Below are positions 42,609-51,424 of a stretch of DNA of 64,000 nt, in pieces. Both the position numbers and the translations under genes were made by a program. Positions within the stretch are counted from its first letter, which is position 1. Each line of letters begins with the position of its first letter. This stretch comes from an uncultured Clostridia bacterium (GTDB lineage: Bacteria; Bacillota; Clostridia; Christensenellales; UBA1242): NCBI GenBank assembly GCA_944384405.1, contig CALWTH010000011.1:9904-73903 (forward strand), in the 5' to 3' direction. The notes under the pieces are model-generated. The model ran no database searches. It saw only the letters and a list, made by a program, of their open reading frames with translations, and was not told the DNA's origin.

Positions 42609-44150
42609 ATGGGGATAGTTAAATATAGTAAAGCGATATCAATTCCGCTTTCTCTTTATTTGCTTAACATAAAAGATGCACCAATTTTAAAGTATGAAAA
42701 TTTAAGATTTTATGAGAAATACATAGTACTTGCCTTAAAATATGGAATCCAAGCAAATGATTTAAGTGATTTAAAACAGAAGATGTGTGAAATTTTTAAT
42801 ATTAAATATTCTTTTGTAGAAGAATTTATAGAGCACTATAACAATATAGGATTTATTAATTATGATAAAGAAAAGTCTTTATTTTCATTAACTGATTCGT
42901 ATTTACTTGAATATGACAAGAAAAACAATTCCATAATTCGCTCATGCACAAAAGAAAGTTTGTGTGACTTTATTAATATTGTTTACTTTAAAAAATCAAA
43001 TACTTTTCTTTATAATGAGGGTTTTAAAGATTTTATAAAAGACATGAAAAGTTATGAGAAAATTAACGATGAAACGTTTATTCAAATGTGCAAAGCAAAT
43101 GAACAATTATTGTTACTGCTCAATGATATATTAAAAAAAGATTCAATACATGCGATTATAAATAATAATCAGTTTGAAAAATCCAACATAGAAGTTTATG
43201 ATGCCGCAATAAAAGTTGATTGTTTATTAAATTATGCATACGATGGGCAATCGTCTAGTTTACAAAACTATATAATACCAAACTCCATACTTAAAGAAAG
43301 TATTAAAGATATTCTTGACGATACCATTGTTTTAAACTATAAAACTGATTTTGAAATTCCAAAATATGTTAAAGAGCATGAGTTGTATTCAGAAATGAAT
43401 GAAAGGAATAAACTTATCTCAAAGCATGAAGAAGAAATATTAAAAAATAACGAAGCGATTTTTGCAAAAGAAAATATTTTAAATTCGTTATCTATTAGGA
43501 AAAATCTAAAAAATAAAGAAAAAAAGACAATTAAAAAATTAAACAAAGAGGTTGTAGATTTAAAAGAGAAAATAGCAGAATTACAACGAGAAAACATCAA
43601 TTTGACAAATTCAAAAGAAGAATATAGTTTTTTTGACAATACAACAAAAGAAGTTTATTACAAATATTGTGGTAATATGTATTTTGACTATATGATTAGA
43701 CAAATTTGTGTAGTTATTGATAAAACAATTGAAGCACTATCAATTGGTGATAATGAAAATGTAGTTTTGGATTTAGCAAGCATAAGAAGTTGGGTAAACA
43801 AATTGGCTTATGCGATATACGACTATTATTGCGATGGACTAAAAGCAAAAGATTTATCTATGTATTTCCACGATAAATTTAAGCGAATGGAACTGGAAAA
43901 TATTTTGGCTAAGTTTAATATAAAACCTTATGACCTTACCAATATGGAAAAATGTCATAAACTTGTTGATTCTTGCTATCATCAAGGAGAAATAAACAAT
44001 AAAACTAAAATCAACCAAGAAAACATTGCAGATTTTTTAACAATTTCACAACAAGAAAAACGAGATATTTTATTAAGTTATATAAAATTATATAAAGTAA
44101 TTGATTTGACGGAAGAACAAAAGAAAGAAGTTTTAAGAAAGATAATATAG
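42609..44150 (+). CDS. Hypothetical helicase-partner protein
   Basis: Starts immediately after the helicase stop codon; winged-helix-like N-terminus, coiled coil, helical C-terminus. Confidence 0.65.
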   Translation: MGIVKYSKAISIPLSLYLLNIKDAPILKYENLRFYEKYIVLALKYGIQANDLSDLKQKMCEIFNIKYSFVEEFIEHYNNIGFINYDKEKSLFSLTDSYLLEYDKKNNSIIRSCTKESLCDFINIVYFKKSNTFLYNEGFKDFIKDMKSYEKINDETFIQMCKANEQLLLLLNDILKKDSIHAIINNNQFEKSNIEVYDAAIKVDCLLNYAYDGQSSSLQNYIIPNSILKESIKDILDDTIVLNYKTDFEIPKYVKEHELYSEMNERNKLISKHEEEILKNNEAIFAKENILNSLSIRKNLKNKEKKTIKKLNKEVVDLKEKIAELQRENINLTNSKEEYSFFDNTTKEVYYKYCGNMYFDYMIRQICVVIDKTIEALSIGDNENVVLDLASIRSWVNKLAYAIYDYYCDGLKAKDLSMYFHDKFKRMELENILAKFNIKPYDLTNMEKCHKLVDSCYHQGEINNKTKINQENIADFLTISQQEKRDILLSYIKLYKVIDLTEEQKKEVLRKII

Positions 44151-44648
44151 TGCTAATAAACAAAAAATAATTTTTTTGCCAATTAACCGAAGCCGTATTT
44201 ACTGGCGGGACTACGCAAAGTTTGGCTAACAGCAAATTTTTGGGGGACATTCATTGTTGTATTTTCCTATACAAAAATTTCATCATGCTTACAGTTGAAT
44301 AAAAGTAGATTACATTTAGATATTATAGCAAAATGGTATTTTAATCAAACAAAAAACATTTCAACAACCCAAAATGTTTTGTAAACTGTATCCATATCTA
44401 TTCATGAAATTAATTGATATGTATTATTTTATTAAAGGATCAGAAGATACTTTTTGTTTAGTTTGGGATTTAATAAAGATGAATTTAAAGATACAAATGA
44501 TTTTTTAAAATAAATTGATGTTGAAGGCAAAATGTGGGCAAATCTTGTATTAAGTAATTGTTGCAAGAAGCATTTAAAAATATAAAAAGTTGTCTTACAG
44601 GTATTAATCTAAATTCAAATGAGGGAAGCGAAGATTGGGTTTCTATAA

Positions 44649-46238
44649 TTATCGGTTAAGAGAAATTAAATTTTTAGGTATATACATGTATTGTGTTCTA
44701 TATAAAACTTGGTTTCTTTTTTTTATGTAATTTGAAATCCGTTTATTGTTATAAAATTTTTTTAACATATTTTGCTTTGTTAATGATACCTTAGTTTTAT
44801 ACATAACAACCAAATTTGTCGAATTGTCAAGATGTAGTTTTTTGCTAAGAATGGAGTTTCGTGCAAGCTTAAACTCGGCAAGACCAAAACAATCTATATA
44901 CTTAAAGTGTTTTAGAAAGTGTAGTGTTTTTCTTAGGTCAAAATTTGTTTCTGACGGATAGTTGTACATTAATGTAACGGAAGTGATTATATTATTTAGA
45001 TAACAATTTTTTAATATTTTTTTTGCTTGCAAAATATTTATTTGTTTATTCATTTTCTTTAGTAAACTATGGCTTAAGCATTCCAATCCAAAAGAAATTT
45101 CCTTAATCCCACTATGAGCTAGCTTGGCAACTTTGTTAAAATCTAAAAATTCCTTTTGAAATCTTGTTTCAACAATCCAATTTAGTTTTATATTATTTTT
45201 AATTAAAAAATCAGAAAGTTTTGACAAAACTTCAAACTGTACACATTCATCGATAAAATAAATCCCTTGTATATTTTCGGATTGAACAAGATCTTTGATT
45301 TTGTTAAAAATAGAGGTTAAGTTTAATAGTCTGTGTTTTTCATAATATATATACCTATTACAAAATTCACATTTAGAATGAAAGCAACCCAAATTTAAGT
45401 AAAATGGAACAATTTTTATGTTTGAAAGATATTTTTCCAAACACAAATCATCAAAACAAGGCGTGTATAAACTTGTATTTATTTCTGGGGTGTTACTACG
45501 TTTGTAAGTGCTGATTGTATCATTAATTTTAATTAAACAATCAATATAACTTTTTTTAGTAATAACATTGCAAATATTTTCATAATTGCCATGAAACACA
45601 ATGGCATCAAAGTCTGTTTTTTTTAAAATTTCCATTGCGTTGTCTTTGATTTGTGTTAAGTAATCGCCGCCAACAACAATGTAAGTATGCTTAAAATTTT
45701 TTTTAATTAAGTTTGCTAATTTAATGGCGAAAGGAATTTGGTAAGCATAACGGATTGATAAATAAAAAGAATCTTTATTTTTGTATGAGTTTAATTGAGA
45801 AAAAAAAATATCATCAAAAAGAGTACAATCATTTAAGGAATAAGAAATCAGCTCGTTGACTGTCCATAGCTGTTTTTGCGGTGTTATATTTCTTGCTGAC
45901 CATTCCAAATTATGAATATTTGAAATAAATTTTAAAACATTATAAAAAGAAGTATTTAATTTAAAAATATTATGAGGAATTTTTGTTTTATCTGTCAGTA
46001 ATTTTTTTGTATCGTTAATATTTTTTATATCTTCTATTGTATTTATATCACAATCATGTAAATACTTTGAATATTTTTCAGTTAAATATTTTTTATTTAG
46101 GCATTCTTGTAAAAATGAAAGAGTTAAATCATAATGAGTCGAACATATATGAGATTGGTTTAAAATATTCTTTATTATACAATTTTCCAGTTGTGGCATA
46201 TTAAAATTTGAAGCCGGGAGAGAAATTAAATTTATCAT
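44649..46238 (-). CDS. B12-binding-type (class B-like) radical SAM protein
   Basis: VVGG B12-domain segment; GCFHSKCEFC; YFIDE; SFGLE; AAAGGA RBS before ATG 46238. Confidence 0.75.
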   Translation of the reverse strand: MINLISLPASNFNMPQLENCIIKNILNQSHICSTHYDLTLSFLQECLNKKYLTEKYSKYLHDCDINTIEDIKNINDTKKLLTDKTKIPHNIFKLNTSFYNVLKFISNIHNLEWSARNITPQKQLWTVNELISYSLNDCTLFDDIFFSQLNSYKNKDSFYLSIRYAYQIPFAIKLANLIKKNFKHTYIVVGGDYLTQIKDNAMEILKKTDFDAIVFHGNYENICNVITKKSYIDCLIKINDTISTYKRSNTPEINTSLYTPCFDDLCLEKYLSNIKIVPFYLNLGCFHSKCEFCNRYIYYEKHRLLNLTSIFNKIKDLVQSENIQGIYFIDECVQFEVLSKLSDFLIKNNIKLNWIVETRFQKEFLDFNKVAKLAHSGIKEISFGLECLSHSLLKKMNKQINILQAKKILKNCYLNNIITSVTLMYNYPSETNFDLRKTLHFLKHFKYIDCFGLAEFKLARNSILSKKLHLDNSTNLVVMYKTKVSLTKQNMLKKFYNNKRISNYIKKRNQVLYRTQYMYIPKNLISLNR

Positions 46239-46248
46239 GAAATATCCT

Positions 46249-47226
46249 TTATTTAATAATACTATTAACAATCGTTTTTGAAAACAACAAATTTTTTATC
46301 CAAATCTTAATAAAGAATATATTGTTAATGTTATATTTGTTTACGCCAACAAAATTTTTAATTTTAGAATAAGTCTTGTTCATCTTTTCTTCTGTATCAA
46401 AAATCAGTGTTAAAAAGTTTGCACTTGATTTTATAATTTTAATACCGTCAAAACCATTTAAGTTGTCATAAATATAATCTCTGTTTTCCATAATGTACTT
46501 TCTTGTAGAATCAAAAGATTTTAATAATTTGGTGTCATTTAATAGTTTGACAATTATAGAAATTGAATGAGTGGAAATGGAATGAGGAGGAATAAGAGTG
46601 TTTCTTAATCCATTTATTCTTAATTTTGTTATCAAATATCCTGCTCTTAAGCCAGAAGCAATGAATTTTTTAGAGAAACTTCTTGCGATCATAATTCTTT
46701 CATTTTTCATACAAAGGTCAAGCAAATGATTCGGGTTGTTTGAGAAATCTACATATGCCTCATCAATAAAAAGATAACCTTTAAAAATAGATAGAATTTC
46801 ATTTATTTGGGCTAAAGAAAAAATTTCGCCATTAAACCATCGTGGGGATGAAATACAAAGCAGTGAATTTTCACTAGAATTTTTTGTTTTTAATTCCTCT
46901 ATAAATTCAGCCGTAGAAACAGCATCAATATGTGTTGTCTTTTTATTGTGTATTATACAGGTTCTTTCGTATAAGCCAAATTCGATAGATGGCAAAAAAA
47001 TTTCTTCCCATCTACTTAATGGCAAGATTGCCGATATAAGCTGACTAATTCCTGCACTAGCATAAATGTATTCTTTATCTATTTTTAAATCGTTAGAAAT
47101 TGCATTTACCAAAGGATCACTTAATGGGGCTTTGGGATCAAAACAGAAATCTCCATCAATATCCCCAAACTTAAATTTTTTAGACCACTTTTTTAATTTT
47201 TTGTTATATAACCAAACAGATGACAC
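46249..47226 (-). CDS. PLP-dependent class I/II aminotransferase-fold enzyme (HisC/CobD-like)
   Basis: FIDEAYVDF, RSFSK...GLRAGY, SSANF; GAGGTG RBS. Confidence 0.85.
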   Translation of the reverse strand: MSSVWLYNKKLKKWSKKFKFGDIDGDFCFDPKAPLSDPLVNAISNDLKIDKEYIYASAGISQLISAILPLSRWEEIFLPSIEFGLYERTCIIHNKKTTHIDAVSTAEFIEELKTKNSSENSLLCISSPRWFNGEIFSLAQINEILSIFKGYLFIDEAYVDFSNNPNHLLDLCMKNERIMIARSFSKKFIASGLRAGYLITKLRINGLRNTLIPPHSISTHSISIIVKLLNDTKLLKSFDSTRKYIMENRDYIYDNLNGFDGIKIIKSSANFLTLIFDTEEKMNKTYSKIKNFVGVNKYNINNIFFIKIWIKNLLFSKTIVNSIIK

Positions 47227-47276
47227 ATCATCACCTCATAGAAATTATAAATTAAAAACAATTTCATGTCAAATAC

Positions 47277-47305
47277 TTGACTTGTAAATTCATTGTTTAT
47301 AAAAT
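47277..47305 (+). promoter_or_regulatory. Sigma-A promoter of the YcaO operon (leaderless)
   Basis: TTGACT-17-TAAAAT, 7 nt before ATG 47313. Confidence 0.65.
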
Positions 47306-47312
47306 ATTAACA

Positions 47313-48911
47313 ATGATTCGATTAGAAAATGAAATTAGGAAAGATGCTCCATTAAGGTCAACGATCAGGCTGATAAAAAGAATTTTAAAAAAAAATAATA
47401 TAAAATTTAAAGAAAAAGGGTTCAAATCCTTAAATGGTTTTTTTTCTGGAAGAATAGCGTTAGATCGCTATACGGGTGCAAACGGCAAGGGGATAACCAA
47501 AAGTCAGGCAAAAGCATCTGCTTATGGCGAATTGCTTGAAAGGCTACAGACAAATATGCTTTATAAAAAAATAACAGAAAAGAAGACATATATTGTAAAT
47601 AGAAAAAATAAATATATTAATATTGCTTTAAAATCTGCATCACAACAATTTAGAGAAGAGTTTTACAAGTTAGACGATACATATTTTTTTGAAGATGAAT
47701 TTGTGGATTTAGCAAGTGAACAAGCAGAAAAATTGCCAATAAGTGTTATAAATTATTCATGCCATACTAATGGTCTTGCTGCTGGAAATTCGAAAGATGA
47801 GGCATGTGTTCAGGCAATTTGTGAGGTGCTTGAACGATATATATACAAAAAAATATTGTCGTGTAATGTTTCTACAAAAATTGTTATGAACTATGAAAAG
47901 AACTTAACTAAAAATAATAAAAAGATCTTGGATAAAATATGTGAAAAAGGATATGATTTTGAAATAAGATATTGTACGGATTTTTGCTATCCAGTGATTG
48001 CTTTTGTGCTTTATAATAAAGAACATACAAAATATATGTTTACACTTGCCTCAGACATTAATTTTAATATTGCTCTTCAAAGAGCTGTTACTGAAATGTT
48101 TCAAGGTCGCAATATAAAAAATATCAACAATCAAATGTTAGATAAAAACGAGGATATTGAAGAACTTGCAAACAAATATAAATATGATTATAATTCATAT
48201 AATTGGCTCCTTTGCTTTAATTATAATTGTGGTTTAATTCCCAAAAGTGCATTTAGTTTAGAAAAAGTTTCGTTTGCAGCTTTAAACTTTAATAGTTGCA
48301 TTAATTCAAACACAAAGGCATTAGAATGGCTAAAGTCATTAATCAACTCGCACATATATGTGAAAGATTATAATGTATTAGGATTTGATACTGTGCGCGT
48401 TTATATCCCTGGGTTAAGTGAAATTGATTGCTTTGACCAATGTGATTTAATAATTTCTAAAAATCAAGAAAAACTTAAGAATATTTTTTTAGACATTTTA
48501 AACCAATCAGATGAGAATATAAACTTTTTTTTAGATAACATATGGGAATTATGTAAACACATAAAATATCAAAATCTTATTTTACCAAAAAATTTTTTTA
48601 AAGTGGAGGGAACTACAAAATATTTTCAGCTGACCTTTACAAGCCTTGCAATAATTTTGTCTGCTATTGTAAAAAGGAAAAAAGAACTAGCTGATTTATT
48701 ACAATTTCAAATAAACAACTTTCCACTTTCGTTAAAAGCAAGAGAAAATAATTTGTATATTCTAAGCTTGTTACAAGACAGACCTTTAACATTAAAAAAT
48801 AAAAATTTAGAAAATTATTATAAAAACTTATTTTTGAATCCCAAAGAATATTTAAAAAGTTTAAAACCGAAAGTAAAGATAGTGGAATCAAAATTGTTTA
48901 ATAAAATATAA
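47313..48911 (+). CDS. YcaO-like family protein
   Basis: KDAPL, NGKG....AKASAYGELLER, TNGLAAGN..EA..QAICEVLER, RAVTE, RVYIPGLSE. Confidence 0.9.
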   Translation: MIRLENEIRKDAPLRSTIRLIKRILKKNNIKFKEKGFKSLNGFFSGRIALDRYTGANGKGITKSQAKASAYGELLERLQTNMLYKKITEKKTYIVNRKNKYINIALKSASQQFREEFYKLDDTYFFEDEFVDLASEQAEKLPISVINYSCHTNGLAAGNSKDEACVQAICEVLERYIYKKILSCNVSTKIVMNYEKNLTKNNKKILDKICEKGYDFEIRYCTDFCYPVIAFVLYNKEHTKYMFTLASDINFNIALQRAVTEMFQGRNIKNINNQMLDKNEDIEELANKYKYDYNSYNWLLCFNYNCGLIPKSAFSLEKVSFAALNFNSCINSNTKALEWLKSLINSHIYVKDYNVLGFDTVRVYIPGLSEIDCFDQCDLIISKNQEKLKNIFLDILNQSDENINFFLDNIWELCKHIKYQNLILPKNFFKVEGTTKYFQLTFTSLAIILSAIVKRKKELADLLQFQINNFPLSLKARENNLYILSLLQDRPLTLKNKNLENYYKNLFLNPKEYLKSLKPKVKIVESKLFNKI

Positions 48912-48922
48912 AGGAGAAATTT

Positions 48923-49042
48923 ATGGGGAAGGTTGCAAAGAAAAAAAACAAAATTTATATCAAGGAGTTAAAACCAGAGATAACACAATGTAGAATAATA
49001 CAAGTGGAGAAAAAAATAAATGAGAAACAAGCAAAAATATGA
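48923..49042 (+). CDS. 39-aa basic small ORF (not in ORF track)
   Basis: AAGGAG RBS; MGKVAKKKNKIYIKELKPEITQCRIIQVEKKINEKQAKI; overlaps the next start. Confidence 0.45.
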   Translation: MGKVAKKKNKIYIKELKPEITQCRIIQVEKKINEKQAKI

Positions 49043-50252
49043 ACTTGCAGGCTTAAGCCAAAAAATAAGCTTAAATTCTTTCAAAACTCCCTTGTATGTA
49101 TATCTACAAATAAACACCATTTGTAATTTCAATTGCAAATTTTGTTCAAGGGAAAGTATGCCCAACAAATCAATAGATTATTTAGATTTTAAATATATTA
49201 TAGATAGTTTATCCGAGTTCGGCGTTAATGATATTTATATTACAGGAGGAGAGCCTCTTCTTCACCCTCAAATTGATGATATGATTGATTATGCTTTGAC
49301 TAAAAAAATGAACATTTCAATTTTGACAAATGGTTTTTACATAGATAGACATGTTGAAATTTTAAAAAAAGTGGCTTGTTTGAGTGTTTCGCTTCATGGC
49401 GAAAAGGAAACACACAACAAAATTGTGGGATTTAATTGTTATGACAAAATTATAAATAATATAAATTTAATGGTTGGCAAGGTTAATTTAACCATAAATT
49501 ACACCGCATTTAACGAAAATATAGATGAAAAGAATATATTGTCAGTTTATAACTTTTGTGATCATAACAAAATCAAAATGAACGTATCTCGCTACAACGA
49601 TTTAGGGTGTGGAAAAATTAATAAATGCGATTTAGACTTAAATATTTTTATGAAAAATATTTATCATTTGGTTGAAAGAGGATATGATATTGGTGTTAAT
49701 AATTGTATTGCTCCGTGTGTTGTTTCTCCGAAATATCTCCATTTAACGCATGGCTGTGGTGCAGGAAGTATATTTTGTGCGATTGATTATGATTTGAATG
49801 TAAAAATTTGTTCAAGTGCAACTCAAGTGATAAGCAATTTGAAAAAAAATTCATTACAGAAGATTTGGAACAACAAATTATTAAAAACATTTCGGGGACT
49901 GAAATGGTTGCCGATTTACTGTAAATCATGTATAAATCTAGCGCGATGTAGAGGAGGCTGTAGGATTGAAGTTGGTAATAACCTTCTAGGGCTTAATGAT
50001 AAAAATGTTTACGACTTAAATGAAAACACTTGGAGAAAAATTCGAAACAAAAATTTTGAAGTGTGTATTGGTAAAGCAAGGAAAGAAGCAAATTTCTTTA
50101 TTAGTTTATCCACGCCATCAAGACTATTTTCAAAGGAGGTATTAAATGTCTTACAAAAAATACAATCTACCGGAAAAATTTCTGACTTAGAACAATATAA
50201 AGATCTTATTTTATCTCTCTATAGAGATAAAGTTATAAAGGAGAAACAATGA
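49020..50252 (+). CDS. Radical SAM/SPASM peptide-maturase-like protein
   Basis: CNFNCKFC, TGGEP, CGAG...C, CKSC..LARCRGGC. Confidence 0.9.
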   Translation: MRNKQKYELAGLSQKISLNSFKTPLYVYLQINTICNFNCKFCSRESMPNKSIDYLDFKYIIDSLSEFGVNDIYITGGEPLLHPQIDDMIDYALTKKMNISILTNGFYIDRHVEILKKVACLSVSLHGEKETHNKIVGFNCYDKIINNINLMVGKVNLTINYTAFNENIDEKNILSVYNFCDHNKIKMNVSRYNDLGCGKINKCDLDLNIFMKNIYHLVERGYDIGVNNCIAPCVVSPKYLHLTHGCGAGSIFCAIDYDLNVKICSSATQVISNLKKNSLQKIWNNKLLKTFRGLKWLPIYCKSCINLARCRGGCRIEVGNNLLGLNDKNVYDLNENTWRKIRNKNFEVCIGKARKEANFFISLSTPSRLFSKEVLNVLQKIQSTGKISDLEQYKDLILSLYRDKVIKEKQ

Positions 50253-51424
50253 TAAATAAGAGATGTTTGGAAAAAGACAAAAACTTAATTATGTGGCTTA
50301 ACAAATACTTTGTTGTGAATGATTTTACATTAAAACTAATCGAGTTTTTTGATGAAAAGAAAACAAAAAAAGAAATAAGTTCGCTTTTGAATATTAGCAG
50401 ATTTAAAGTTGGAAGATATTATAAAAAAATAGAAAATGAAATAATAAAAAGAGATTTCTATGAAAATAATATTAATTTAAAAACACCAATAAAAGTACAA
50501 TGGAAGGTGACAAAGAAATGTAATTTGAAATGTAAGCATTGTTATTTGGGTGAACTTAATAATTTTGAGCCTTCAAAAGAGTTGGTTGATAAAATATTAA
50601 GTGAGATTTTAAAATCAAATGTTATGGAGGTGACATTGTCTGGTGGAGAATGCTTGACCTGCCAATACATTGATTATATCGCAAATACACTGCTATCTCA
50701 TGACATAAAAATAACGATTTTTACAAATGGTTTATTACTAAATAAGTTTGTAGAAAAAATTGATACAAAATACAAGGATAGGGTTGTCATAAATGTTAGC
50801 GTTGATGGCTTAAAAAACACTCATGAACAAATTCGCGGGAATAATACTTTTGACAAAACTATATCTAATATTGAATTTGCCGCATCAAAAGGTTTTTCAA
50901 TAACATCAGCAACAGTGGTTAATAGTATCAATTATGATGATATTATAGACATGATTGTTTTATTAAGGTCAAAAGGGGTTAAACATATTCAGCTGTCAAA
51001 TATTATAATTAGGGGTCGAGCTGAAAAAAAATTAGAATTGAGCATTGAAAAACAAATGGCTATGAAACAAAGATTGTTAAATTTATATAAAGAACACCCT
51101 GAATATGAGCATATTTTCTATTCAGAAGTACCAGATGAAGATGGTAAACGGAAAGTTTTTAAAATTGAAAATGGTAATTCTGAATTTGTTGGTAATGACA
51201 ATTGGAAGTGCACCGCAGGACTGGCAAGGGTAACAATAAATGAAGATGGCCGTGTTTATTGCTGTCCATTCTTAGAAAAAAGCTACTTAGGTGATTTAAA
51301 ATGCAACACTTTAGAAGAAATATGGAACAAGAAAGAAAGATATGAATTTTTGGATTTTATAATAAAAAGTAATACTGACAGAGTTTGCGTTGCAATCAAA
51401 CAAAATAAAGGAGAGGATAAATGA
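50249..51424 (+). CDS. Radical SAM/Twitch protein with RRE-like N-terminal domain
   Basis: CNLKCKHC, SGGE, CTAG...GRVYCCP...LEEIWN; N-terminal ~70-aa winged-helix-like segment. Confidence 0.88.
   Translation: MINKRCLEKDKNLIMWLNKYFVVNDFTLKLIEFFDEKKTKKEISSLLNISRFKVGRYYKKIENEIIKRDFYENNINLKTPIKVQWKVTKKCNLKCKHCYLGELNNFEPSKELVDKILSEILKSNVMEVTLSGGECLTCQYIDYIANTLLSHDIKITIFTNGLLLNKFVEKIDTKYKDRVVINVSVDGLKNTHEQIRGNNTFDKTISNIEFAASKGFSITSATVVNSINYDDIIDMIVLLRSKGVKHIQLSNIIIRGRAEKKLELSIEKQMAMKQRLLNLYKEHPEYEHIFYSEVPDEDGKRKVFKIENGNSEFVGNDNWKCTAGLARVTINEDGRVYCCPFLEKSYLGDLKCNTLEEIWNKKERYEFLDFIIKSNTDRVCVAIKQNKGEDK

Noticed and set aside
44176-44230. c-di-GMP-I riboswitch-like segment (ACGCAAAG)
   Set aside because: Lacks the GNRA/receptor architecture and has no downstream gene on that strand
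47313-48911. YcaO as housekeeping RimO accessory factor, or as thioamide/TOMM synthase
   Set aside because: No rimO, TfuA, E1-like or dehydrogenase partner nearby; reaction type left unassigned
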